Assembly (NCBI GenBank): GCA_038496445.1
Contig: JALMLS010000585.1
Location: 394,224 to 458,223 of the forward strand
Length of the DNA: 64,000 bases
Source of the DNA: Trichosphaerium sp. ATCC 40318
Lineage: Eukaryota; Protista; Tubulinea
Direction: 5' to 3'
Shown: positions 36,977 to 49,019 of the stretch, in pieces
How positions within the stretch are numbered: the first letter of the stretch is position 1
Layout of the letters: every line of letters starts with the position of its first letter
The notes under the pieces: generated by a model
What the model was told of the DNA's origin: nothing
What the model saw: only the letters and a program-made list of their open reading frames with translations
Database searches by the model: none
Program-made: the position numbers and the translations under genes

Positions 36977-37684
36977 ATGTCACTTGTAAGCTTACCAACT
37001 GAGCTATTAGTAGACATACTTAGCCGTGTCAAAAAAAGGGGTCCTGTAACACAATCGTGTGTAGCCTTGGCAAATATCGTCCAGCAACTCTCGTAGGATT
37101 TACATCACTTTAATTAACCATATCGTGTACATTCAAACGAGGATATGCCGTTACATCTGGCCTAATTTTATAGGCATTTTGCGGAAGTACGCGCATAGAA
37201 GTCGGTTATAAGGTTACAGACGTTAAGGTATTAAGCATTTGGTCAGGTAACGATCTCAGCATATTATTCTAGTCTGCACGGAAAGTTTTATAGACGTTTT
37301 GGCGTCAGTAGCTCGTTGCAGGAGTAAAACAAATCAAACTTAAATTGGTGCGAAAAGGTTTTCACATTGATGATAGGATTAAAGAGTTATAAGCAGGTGT
37401 ACAATCTGATTTTTAGTTTTGTGTATGCAAACAGACAATTTACAGACGAAGGCATCAAAGCTTTAGTAGGAGTTAGTACCATTTGTTTATCGTGTACATC
37501 CGCTGGAGATGACAGTGTCGTGCCTCTAATCGAAGCAGGAGCGAGAGATATTGATTTGAGCTGGACGAAGATTACTGATCTTACAATAAATGCGCTTATG
37601 GCTAGCAAAGTGCATAGCGCTAAAATATCTGGTTGTCAAGGTGTATCTGAAAACGGCATAAAAACTTTTAACTTGTACTCGTGA
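36977..37684 (+). pseudogene. F-box/LRR pseudogene
   Basis: F-box MSLVSLPTELLVDILS with a premature TAG at ~37094, scrambled LRRs and a final open LRR segment (FTDEGIKALVGV..). Confidence 0.75.
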
Positions 37685-38019
37685 TTAGTCCGTATTTGTG
37701 CCGGGATTATCGATCAATAAGAAAAGCGATCATTTCTTATTTTTTACTTATAACTTAAACTTTTTCCATGCACCTTATATTCTGTATAGCACGTGCTAGC
37801 ATGTTAATAAAATATTTAAGATTGCAAATTACACATTTTAAGGTTCATCACTATGATCACTAACATATGTAACACATAAAGATCTTGTGGGACTATTTAG
37901 AAATGTGACAGTAAGTTTGGCTTTATTCTTATTACATCAATATCATTAGTCTGATGAAGGACACTAGATGAAGTCTCGGGGTTGAGAGTTTTATACTTCC
38001 TTTGTACCAGGGAGTATTT

Positions 38020-38210
38020 TGTGAACCTTACATGAAGCTCTAGTAGCTATCGTCAACATACGCACCAACAAGCTCTTTAATACCTTCATCTGTTACTTGC
38101 ATAACCCACCACTTAAATGTATTGCATGAACACCATCAAGGTATTTAATACCATCATTCGTTATCTTCGCATGGCCCAAACAAATCTAATGAACGCTTTT
38201 CAGTGGCTGT
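38020..38210 (-). pseudogene. LRR remnant of the same F-box/LRR family
   Basis: Minus strand reads LKSVH*ICL..KITNDGIKYLDGVHAIHLS...VTDEGIKELVG, with a stop and a frameshift. Confidence 0.65.
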
Positions 38211-38325
38211 TGCTATTGACCTTGATACGGTTCAATAATATTGAGTTATTTCAAGGAAAGCCAAAGAGATAAGGCGTACCCACACTTAACTTTAAACTGA
38301 CATTTTTTAGTTTTGTGTACAAGAA

Positions 38326-39870
38326 TGGAAGTACGCGATGAACAGCTTATTAATATACTTGATGGTTGTATGAAAGCAGGTACATGGCATTGCCGGATGT
38401 TTTAGATGATAATCTTGTAATAAGAACCCTACATACGTGAACAGGCAATGAGAGAGCTGAAAGAGTTCCAAAACAAAGAATTGGTACGATTAAAACCGCT
38501 AAAAGTTGAAAGTAACCTATAAACTGTCTGTGACGCCGTTTTGTTGCTTCAACAAGTCGCACATATCTTTCATTTGTACTAAAGTGTTTGTGACCATAAC
38601 ATGACTCAAGTTCTCTTATTGTGGTTGGATCCTTGTCTTTGTAGAAATCACGTGTTTTGCTGCAGTGTTTCAAGACGAAGCAATTTTTTATCGACAAAAC
38701 AAAGATGCTTTTTGAACTCGTTCATTCGATTGCTTTGCTTACTTCTTTGTCCAAGGGAATGGGTTTAACAGCGCTTCTACGCTTAGCAATGAACAACAGT
38801 TTACCCCAACAAATTTGTGTGATGTCCTCTATCGCTTTCAAGACTACTATTATGCAAGCTGCGGTACACTTTAAAAATTACAACACATGTTGGTCGGATT
38901 AAGGAAAGTTAAATAGATCAAATGGCACATGCTTGATCAGGAGGTCAGGGAAGATATTAAAAAAAAGTAAACGTTTGCTTCTTTTCCTTTTATCAACATG
39001 CAATGCTGACACTCCAATTAAAAGACTGTTGATCTATACTTATGGAATTACGATAAAAATTATATGAGATCAAAATCTATGCCATTACTAGCTGTTGCAA
39101 GTGTTGAATTAGCAAATGGAAAATGGCCAGAGTTCTTTGGTATAGTTATCCCAGAGTGTTTTAAGACATGCATGAACAAGGACACTCGAGGACAACAACA
39201 AGCTATCGATTTAATACAATGTGGTGTTGAGGTACATTCTTCATACAGCAGAATATTAGACGCTAGTTAACCATTTATGGTGGTGTTAAAATTTTGTCTT
39301 TAGGCATCCCAAACGCTGGCAATTAAGCATGCAAGCAGTATTATCTGTGTCATAAAATATGTACTATCGAATAGTGATCACGATATAGTTAGCCTTACTG
39401 CTCTAGAAACATTACTGTCCATAGACTGTTTCAGGCAAGTGCTTTTTTGGAGCAAAACAGTTTCTGTCGTTTTTACATTGAGACGTTCACACTAGCATTG
39501 TGAAAACTCATATACCTTTGAAAAGATAATTACAACATGTGAACCCTGAACATGTTTTTAAAGTTACAAATCCGCTTCTTCTTGGGGACATTCCTGACGT
39601 TTTTTTGACAAATACTTCATCCCATTGTTGGTTAGATAGCTAATCTCACTGGTTTTTTACAGATCATATTTGAAAGAGCAACCAAAGCAAAGGCGTTACA
39701 TATCAAATAGTATTGTTATCTTGCTAGAAGAAAAAAAAAGACAGAAAGAACTTGAGTGTGCTGAAACAAATGGTTATGTTTTGGATAGTGATTCTTTTGG
39801 TGTTCAGCATTACATTAACGTTGCACAGAAAGTATACAATTGTCTACAAAGTATGAATGTAGGATGGTGA
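38326..39870 (+). CDS. Short importin-beta-like protein, copy B (possibly frameshifted pseudogene)
   Basis: Same exon series as 13659-14987 (IKWHMLDQEVREDIKK; RSKS..AVASV..GKWPEFF; GCAAGT donor at ~39435; YLKEQPKQRRYISNSI). The frame across the A8 run at ~38960 appears broken. Confidence 0.5.
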
Positions 39871-40128
39871 TTGCAATGGCTTTTTAATAAGCCAGACAAG
39901 AATGATAGATGGCTATAGGGTTCACACAAATAAAGTAATAAAACTAAAGTGTACATGTACTACAAGCCATCGTTCACTTCAAAAATTTGACAATGCTGCT
40001 GAACTTCTATTGTTTCAACCTGAAGGATACCTTCCAGAGTTGCACTTCACAAACCATCCTGAAATATCAGGCTCAGCGCTAATAAAATAGCGTTATTTCA
40101 GGCCAAATCTGCGCAGAAATACTTGGCA

Positions 40129-40245
40129 TATTGTCTGTATCATTCAAGTTTGCAACAGGTTTGGCAGAAGTATCAAAGTGTAAGATCTTGCAAGAACTAA
40201 CAATATCTTTCAGAAGTTGCGCAAACTTGAATGATACGGACAATA
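40129..40245. repeat. 25-bp inverted repeat (24/25) with 67-nt spacer
   Basis: TATTGTCTGTATCATTCAAGTTTGC (40129-40153) pairs with GCAAACTTGAATGATACGGACAATA (40221-40245). Confidence 0.85.
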
Positions 40246-40407
40246 GCCATTACACGAAAAGGGTTATAACACCACAATTGAAGTGGAAGTAAGGACATAA
40301 GGAGCTTAACTACTTTGGACTATAAACTGTATTTATTTCTGTAGTTGTCAACTACAAGCGATCACACTAGTTTTCACTTGTTTTTAACATTGGGCTGATA
40401 TTACCGT

Positions 40408-42252
40408 TTACAATATACCACCGTCAATAACATGATGTTTTGGTGTGCCACTCCATTTGAATTGTGAATACTTGAACTCTGTCGAAAAAATATCTGTAAC
40501 AATATAATCTGTCCATATACCTTCAATAATACCCTCTCCGTTCATACCAGGGTTATCTATTACTAACACAGGCTTTCCAGCAGTTTGTCCAAGAACACCT
40601 AAGATCATAACATTAGGCTTTTAACAGTTATTTGTTGGCAAAACAAAGTGCATGTTTTTAACTTCCAGTGCATGTTTTGTCGTACCGTGTGGTTGTGTTT
40701 CTACAACCATACCGTGGCTGGCAGGCGATGTATATTTTGTACGCATGTTAAGGTGACACGTGCTATGTCTTGATGAAGAAAATCGTACAGACAAGCGATA
40801 ATTATCTGTCAATACAACAAGCCTTGTTTTGTTTGATCTTGATACTTTAACAACTCCAAAAGGAAGTCTATGAACATCTCCAGGATTTAATGGTGCGTAA
40901 TTAAGTTCCATGCGATGAGTTAAGTTATTTCTATCACATGATATGAATATACGATCATTACCTAAGGAGAGATGTGAGCGCTTTGCTTTGTTTTCTTGAG
41001 CTTGTATGTTTTCAAAAAGTCAGTACCAAGAAGAATTCCTACTTGTCCCAGGTATGTCTTTCCTCCTTTGTACCGGAGATCAGCATCAACAAATAAAGCA
41101 TTTATCTCAATCTTTTCATCGCTTACTAGAGCATAATATTTATCAGCTTCGCCATGAAAATCTACATACAAGATTAGAACCAACACGTTTTTTCATCTAG
41201 AAATCTCACCAAACTTTTGGCTGTTTAGACCTATGAAGTGTGGGTCTCCTGATATCCCAGATTGCCTTTGAAAGCTTATAGCTGCGACTCCAAATGGTAG
41301 GATAGGTAATGATAGTAGAACTCCTGTACTCATAGCAGTTGGAATATCGATTGTTATGAATTGAGTTTGTAAGCAACTTGCCACTAGCGTTGAACTAGAA
41401 ATAGACGATAAACCTATTCAACGATTACAATACAGTGCATTTAATGTTGTAAAAAGCCGGAGAATCAGAACAACAAGAGAAATGTACTGTTGTATTGTCT
41501 ATTAGTAGAAAACGCACTTGCCTGATACAGTGCAACCTGGTACGGCCAAAAAAGTGGATGACATACAACCACCAGCAAGGAAGTTTGGTATTTGTACTAT
41601 TTGACTTGGTGTCCTTTGGTTATAGTACATTGTTCCATCCAAGAAATGAACTGAAAGAACAAGTCAAACAAAAATAAACAACCTATTTCTTACGTCCTGC
41701 TGCTGAAGTTACAGTACATATTGGAGCGCTCTGTGCGCAAGTATCAAGGTTTATCTCAACAATGTCTCTATTTAAATTAACAATGTATGTTATGTTCGTG
41801 TTAGCGTCGTATGTGATGCCGAAGCGTGCGAATCCGTTTACTGCAGTACAACTCGAAATCTAAAATAGTATTTTGTCAATAGAAAAAACACGTGTGCAAG
41901 TCAACGTACGACATTACATGTCTGTGGATCAACGATAAACAAATCATGGATACCAGGCATAATTTGAGCGCCAATAGCAAGAAGACCATCGTTAACTTGA
42001 GTTACACCGACAACATAAATTGTAACGTTCTCATTAGGAGGCAAAGTACAAGCTAAACAACGTTAGGATATTAAGCCTTTTTGAAGCAAAGTATCACGTG
42101 CACTGAAGAATATTTGTCACATCAGAGAGCTGTAGGATGTCGAAACCAAGAGAATCATTTCTTGACACTAGTAGAGCATCTGGTTGAGCCGCTACGGAGA
42201 GAATCCCATAAGACGAGATAATGAACACAAATATTATAAAGAGATTAGACAT
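40408..42252 (-). CDS. Secreted protein with GDPHF (VWD/root-cap-like) C-terminal domain
   Basis: Signal peptide MSNLFIIFVFIISSYGILSVAA, then ISGDPHFIGLNSQKF/DFHGEADKYYALVSD...INALF...TYLGQVGIL...PHGVLGQTA...IEGIWTDY.V.DIF.T.F.YSQF. Confidence 0.8.
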
Positions 42253-42655
42253 CGGTGGCTTTCGTTTTCTTGACCCACGTGCTTGTAATCTGTACGCGCG
42301 GAGAATAAATTAAAGTCTATAAGCACGTTTGATCGCGTACTGTGTTGTTTAACAAAGCGGAGTGACTACAAGCCGCTACGTACTTGCTGTGATCCTAAAT
42401 TTGACTCAAATGGTGCTTTTTTTTTCTGGTAGAAGTCGGCACAACTAAGTTACGGTAAGAGGTCACCTCAAAAGATACCAACTTGTCACTAATATACGAA
42501 TACGCAGTGCGTTCAACAATATCCAAGGCACATAGCTTATTCTAAAATAGGCTAAAGGTCTCGAGCTACAATTTAGAAATTGGCTGTTGAAAAACCGTTG
42601 ACGATTTTGACATCGTTTCTCCAGTTTTCTAAATGCTCCAAAGGGTTTATTATTT

Positions 42656-45600
42656 ATGACTGAGCAGACTCGTTACGGTAAAGTTATAAGAGACTACGCT
42701 TCCACCAGGCGAGAAGAGCTTAGTTTAAAAAAAGACGACTATCTTCGCGTCGAAGCGACTGATAGGGAGTCTGGATGGAGCACAGGATACACTCAGGTAA
42801 TTAAAACAATAAGAACGACACTGTGGACGTTTTTCATAAATCACGTGATTTTAATTTGTTTTTTTTTAATTAGCATGATGGACGTGTTGGTATATTCCCA
42901 TCGATTTACGTTAAGATACTAGAAGATGATCAAGTTAACGGTAGGTTTTTTATGTCTTATTAATTATTTTGGCCGACTTCCTTTCAATCAGCATTTTTGA
43001 GCGCTGACACGCCTGTTAGAGTCTGTGCTTAGTTTGTTTAAACGTGGTATGTCTTTATTAGCTTTTTAAGCATTCATATGTTTATATCGGTGCTAATACA
43101 AGATGTAGGTACACAGAACTTGAAAGCATCCATAGAAGAGGCTTTGGGTACTGGCTCAAAATCGGTGAGATTGCGCTTGTGTACCAACGTTAGATGATTT
43201 TTTAACGCTTCTCTGTACTAGTTAGAGTGCAGTGGAGTTGATATTAAAGAAATACCGCCAAGACTCTATGCGGATATTAGTCAATTTCAATCGGTGACCC
43301 TTGGTACGCCAATAATACATCACGTGATTACGAAGCGTTGTTACTGATGTTTTTTTCAAACGAGTTTTTACAACGCCATTAGTTATCGGCTATGAGTTAT
43401 AACTCCTAATTATAACGCTGGTATTAACCTATTGTTGTTTATTTAGAGACTGCTGGTCTTGTTTCTCTTACTGCTGATGTATCATTGTGGTCTAACCTAA
43501 CAAACTTGAATTTGCATAATAATCGATTAAAATCCTTTCCTGAAGAGTTTAAGCATTTAAAACAACTAAGAACGCTTGATGTGTCTAATAACGATTGCGA
43601 TAGAGCACCTAATATATACACATGCACATCTATGGTTCTTCTAAACCTTGCTGTAAGCAATATTGATTTAAAACAATTTTGTTTATAATTGCTTACCCTT
43701 TTTCTTAGTCTAACAGTCTTTCTAATCTTCCTCACGCTTACGCCCATCTAAATTCTCTTCGTGTATTAAATTTAAACAAAAATAATCTGAAAGAAATACC
43801 AGTGTGCGTTATATATCTACCAAACTTGGAGGAACTGAACATGCGAGATAACAAGTATGTAAAAAATTCTTTTTTTCTTCTCATTTTTTCATGAAGGATT
43901 ACGTCTATACCTGAACGTGTATCAAAGTTGGAGAATCTAGTAAAATTCTCTATATCCTCGAATCAATTAAACAGGATTCCAGGGGAACTTGGAAAGCTTA
44001 CAAATCTCAAATTCCTTAAACTTGGAAACAACAACCTTCGGTACTTTCAAAAAAAAAAATGTTGAGAAAGACTCACGTGTTTTTTGTAGCCGTTTGCCTC
44101 TCGAGTTTTCTCGATTAAGATCACTAGAAGTACTTGAGTTAGAAGGGAATAACCTAGTTTCGCCTTATTCGCATTTACTTACAAAACCTGATGCGGCTGC
44201 AAAGACGAAATGGCTTCGTGGAATGCATAGTAAGCGTACTTTAAAAAATCGAGTTAAATGTTTGAAGGAAGAAAGATGCAAACTTTGGCCACTCATGAAG
44301 GTATTGCTCTATATAAATTACTTGGTGATCCAACTACTCTTGCGTCATTCAGTTGCTTTCTTAAAGGTAATAGTTATCAGAAAGCAATGCGTTATTCTAA
44401 CCGCGTTTAAACAGAACATGATAAAGATAAGTACAATTTACTTCTATTCTGGAAAGATGTACACAAGTAAGATATACACTTTACAACATCACCCTTAATC
44501 CTTTTGAACTCATTCTTTGATTACTTCAACGTTGTATTCATTGTTGTTATTTATAATCCCGGTTTAGGTGGAGCCGTGTTGATAAAAAAATAAGAAGAGA
44601 GACAATGAAGGAGATCTACGAACAATACTTAGAGGTACCGCTCCAAATAAATACCTTTATAAACAGGTCTAGCTACGCTATTCCAAAAAGCACTCACGAC
44701 CTTTCCTTTCGAGAAATGTTATTATATTTTGAAGTGATTCATTGTTTGGTGTTTTAATCCACTATTTGGTTTCTTCTTTTGACTTTGCTTCTAGTCTGGT
44801 CGTGTTAAGATTCCTGGAGCTATGACTCAAAGAATACATGTTATAATAGAAGGTGACGGATACCCTGATAGAATGCTATTCAAGCAAGCTCAGGTAAGAA
44901 TACAACGCGTTCTCTTTTCTCCTTTTTTTCTTATTTCTCGATAGGAAAAAGTTGAAGCAGTTTTGGGAAAGAATTCTTTAAAGGCATACATAGCTCAGGG
45001 CAAAAAAGATAGTGAGAGACCAAAACCAAAGCCTAAACCAGCGAAACCTAAGAGACCATTAATAAGTACACCAAAAGAATCTAGAACTCAGCCAATGAGT
45101 AGAAAAAGACATTTCCAACATAGAAGGAACAAATCAGCAAATGTTATGAGACCTTTACCTAAAACGCCTGTAAAAGCAAAAACAGGCGCGCTAAGCGCTG
45201 CGCGTGTAGCTCTTCCTAAAAGAAATCATTCACACAAACGTCATAAATCAGATGTCATAAGACGAGGAGAAAATCCGATATATCAAGGTTTGTAAAATTT
45301 TTCGCTTAACTGACTGTAACTTAAGTTCTGAGTTTCTTTCTGTAGAGCCTGGTCCTGGATATGCAAAGCCAAAAAGAGATCTTGCAGCTTCAGAAACAGC
45401 TATGAAAAAGAATTCTATGACAACACAAACAACCAAGAAAGAAAGTTCTAGTACCAAGAGCTCATCTAGAAATCAAAGAATTATTGCTACTAATAATGGA
45501 GTTAAAACGTCTCCTAGCCAAATGAGACTAAAGGTAAGAAAATATTGTTGATGATGACACATTACGGTTTTGAAGTAATTTGGTTTTTTTCGATTAAAGT

Positions 45601-46474
45601 CAAGAGATAAAGAAGATGCAGTACATTCATGGATAATGAAATGTCTTGGTGAGAAAAAAGAAGGAGCATTTTTTCCAAAACTTGCTGATGGAAAGGCACG
45701 TGATATTTATCGCTTATACTTCTCTGATAAGTTATTGATGTTTTAACTGTATAATGTAGATATTTATAAATCTACTTAATGCTGTGACAAGCGGTAATTT
45801 AGTCGTTTCTGATGAGCCTGGTCAAAATCTTCTAAACTTTTTATCTGTTTGTATAAAAGAGTTTCATATGGATAAGGATAAGTTGTTTACTATACAACAA
45901 TTTAAAGATGTTAGAAGAGGTAGAATATTAAGTGGATTAATATACTTTGCAAATTATCTTCATGTACGTCATGGAACACGTGTCACGTTCACAAAAAGTT
46001 TTATTAAAAACTCACATTGACATTTTGTATTCTAGCAACACCTTCACCTGGTTCCGTTCCCTCTTCATCCAAATACTCGTAAAAACTTAAGCCAAGCTAC
46101 TACTGCAAGATTAAAGGATTTATCAACAAAGACATCAACACGAAAGAGCTATCGTGGGCCAATCAAGCTTGAACTTTCAGACTCTGATGACGTACAAATC
46201 TTTTTTTTAGTAAACTTTGTTTCAGTCGTTTAACATTTTTTTAAGGATCATGAGTTGACTGAGACATATGGAGGTAGTGATGAAAAGGTGCTTAATAATT
46301 CAATTAATGTTATAGTGCATGCTGAATAAACTCCACATTTTATTCATCATCCTGCTACTAAGTTTATTGGAACAAAGAAAAGTTTGTTGTGTTATTTTTT
46401 TTTTACTTTGTTCTCAATTTTTCTAGAGTGAGCTTGCAATACTATCATCTTGGCGACCAACACATTATTCATAA
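42656..46474 (+). CDS. SH3 - LRR - RGS - basic/Pro-rich - calponin-homology multidomain protein
   Basis: SH3 (VIRDY...EELSLKKDD..SGWSTG..GRVGIFPSIYV), LRRs (LTNLNLHNNRLKSFP..), RGS (LLGDP..LASF..FLK..NLLLFWKDV..IYEQYL..VKIP..LFKQAQEKV..L), CH (VHSWIMKCL..LADGKIFINLLNAV..NLLNFL..C..LF). GC-AG intron at 45696-45759. Confidence 0.8.
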
Positions 46475-46933
46475 AATATTTCAAAGGGTCGCTTACATGG
46501 AAAATAAAAAACACTGAAAGAAAAGAAACCAAAAGAAGATACATCTCGCTGTATTTTTAGCTTCAAAAAAAAAAATCCAAAACAAAACATAAATAAAGAT
46601 ACAAAAAATATCCAACTCTTACTTGACTTAACACATTGTTCACGTTGCAACAATAATGGATATAGTATTAATGTTTGTTAATAATGATTTAAAACGTCTT
46701 AATGAGGACATCCACATCTAATGGTATTTCGTGAATATAAACTCTTCAACTGCTTTTGTTGATTTATCAAAGACAATAACAACTTGTATTTACGAGTGAC
46801 GACCATCCTGTCACATTCATTTGACAATGCCAAGGTGGTGTTGCTATGGGTATGTACAATTGTTGTTTCTAATCACAGAACAAAGAAAAAACAAAGAAGG
46901 CAAGAGAAGAAGTGAGAAAGAAAATTATTACTT

Positions 46934-47917
46934 TTATAACAATAAGACTAATACAACTACGATCAATGCCATTGTAACTTTTAAAACAAGCGAAGAAGAA
47001 GGTGGAGCAACAGTAGTAGGTGGTGGGGTAGGCATAATTGGGGCCTCTGTAGTTGGCGGTGGAGTGGGCATAATTGGGGCTGCTGTAGTTGGCGGTTCTG
47101 TAGTTGGTGGTGGGGTAGGCATAATGGGGGCCGCTGTAGTTGCTTCAGTTGGTGCTTCAGTAGTTGGAGGTGGGGTAGGCATAATTGGCGCCTCTGTAGT
47201 TGGCGGTGGAGTGGGCATAATTGGCGCTGCTGTAGGTGGGTCAGTTGGTTCTACTTCAGTGATATTAGTAGTGCTTCCTGAAACCCACTGGCACTGATTG
47301 GCTGCATCACGTTCTACAACAAGCCACCACTAAAAAAATACGATTGAGTATGAAGATATTTTACCAGTTCGGGAATACAATAAGTTAACGTACACCCATG
47401 GTTACTGCACCGGTTCCATTTTCTGGAGCTGTCCACGTGAATGTTATGTCACTGTCCTTTGATGATGCATTCACGTGACGAAGACTACCATAGCATCTAA
47501 CAGCAGAAAAGAGGTTTGTGTCAGTTGAAAGAATAGTAGGTTCAGAAGAATCTATTGTTCCAACAATCTCACCAAATGGTGCACTATTAATGTAGAAAGA
47601 AATTGCTGCTCCCTACGAACAAAGTGACATGAGTAACAGAGAAAACAGGCAACAAGTGTTCGGAGCTAGCGAAAAAAAAGACGCACTGTGTAAGAGACAT
47701 TGGCGCTAGCTGTAATAGTGAAAGTGTAATTGGCTTCTGGGACGTATTCTGATATTTGTGGTGTAATTGAAAGCTCATCTATTAGTGCAGGGCTTGTTGA
47801 GCACATTTCCATGCATATATCTTCACTATTCGCTGGACAGACAACTATTGCTCTGGTACTATAGGCGAGAGATGCTGCAAATAAGCATGAGAGAAGAATA
47901 ATAAGTCTAAAGTTCAT
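46934..47917 (-). CDS. Reeler-domain surface protein with Pro/Thr-rich stalk and C-terminal hydrophobic (GPI/TM) signal
   Basis: Signal peptide, AYST...EYVPEANYTFTIT...LRHVNASSK..ITFTWTAPENGTGAVT, APIMPTPPPTTE repeats and a C-terminal SSS followed by a hydrophobic tail. Confidence 0.82.
47005..47240 (-). repeat. Coding tandem repeat (about 36-nt unit, APIMPTPPPTTE x5)
   Basis: Repeated GGCATAAT(T/G)GG and GG(T/C)GG(G/A)GT(A/G)GG blocks on the + strand. Confidence 0.9.
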
Positions 47918-47971
47918 TTGGTTTGTTTGAGGAAGCGTTGCGTTGTTGGTAGCTCAAAATTGTCCTCCAGT

Positions 47972-48115
47972 TATATCTTGTGTGAACGACCAGTTCGTTT
48001 TATCTTGTGTGAACGAACCGTTCGCGAAATCTGTGTGTGAACTACCCATTCGTTTTATCTTGTGTGAACGACCAGTTCGTTTGGGTATGGGCATATCACG
48101 AACAGGGATACCCAA
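47972..48115. repeat. Non-coding 27-bp tandem repeat x4 plus terminal hairpin (possible transposon-end remnant)
   Basis: Unit TATCTTGTGTGAACGACCAGTTCGTTT occurs about 4 times (2 identical, 2 variant), followed by a TTGGGTAT...ATACCCAA stem. Confidence 0.8.
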
Positions 48116-49019
48116 GCAGAAATACCATTTCCCAATTCTCCCCTAAAAAGGGTAACGGGTTATCAAGTATGGATAAAATCAAAGCTGTTACCGATACCAT
48201 ACACCCCAAACAGTTCTGACAAAAAACACAACTGTTTTGATCTTTTCCCGTAAGATTCTTTCGAAGGTGGACTCTCCCAGGTAAACGATGTTCCTAAAAG
48301 AGATGTACTTCTTAGACGACTTTTGGTTCACGTGTTTTCTCGGTGATTTTTTGTGTAGTATCCCTAATCTATCCATAAAGAATATTCAAACTACGAAAAA
48401 CTTTTTGTTCAAATAAATCGTATTAATAAACATACCCAACATGATGCGAAACTCTAGCTAACAAAGAAAACCATTCGTTCCATAAATCTATACGAAAGTT
48501 CTTTTGATTTTCGTTGTATTGCGCGACAAGTGGGTTTGCACTACTTTTCGCGAAATTGATTAGAGCCACGATTGACTAAAAAATGTGCTGTTTTCTGCAA
48601 AAATGTTGTACAAAAGGCCGCCAAAAGAACAGATTTCGAAGAATACAACATGCTGCCAAATTTCGCGAAATGTAGTCCATGATGGCACCATGGTTTAAGA
48701 AAATAATTTCAGAACAAAATAATGCTAATGCCACAGGCATCACTGGATTAGTTGTGAGTGGTGGGATGAAGTATTATCTTTTTCCATCAAGACATAACAG
48801 CTTGTTATACAAAAAGTTTTGCTTTAAAAATCAACGTACGTGAATATAACTTACAACCGCTAAGCTAGCGCCTACTCCACGCTAACAGAAGCGCTCTCGC
48901 AGTATTCAAACAACAATGCAGGTGATTGACATAACCTTTACCAACGTTGCTGTAGGCTTTGTAAACGCTACCAGGGTCAAATGTTAGTAAAATTTCTGGT
49001 CTGTTAAATCACGTAAAAC

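Noticed and set aside
39877-39893. GGCTT-TTTAAT-AAGCC histone-stem-loop look-alike
   Set aside because: It has a 5-bp stem and 6-nt loop, and the upstream gene is not a histone.
46821-47297. 158-aa Gly/Val-rich + strand ORF
   Set aside because: Antisense shadow of the Pro/Thr repeat in the Reeler-domain gene.
47972-48080. Possible CRISPR array (27-bp palindromic repeats)
   Set aside because: Units are directly adjacent with no unique spacers, no cas genes are present and the genome is eukaryotic.
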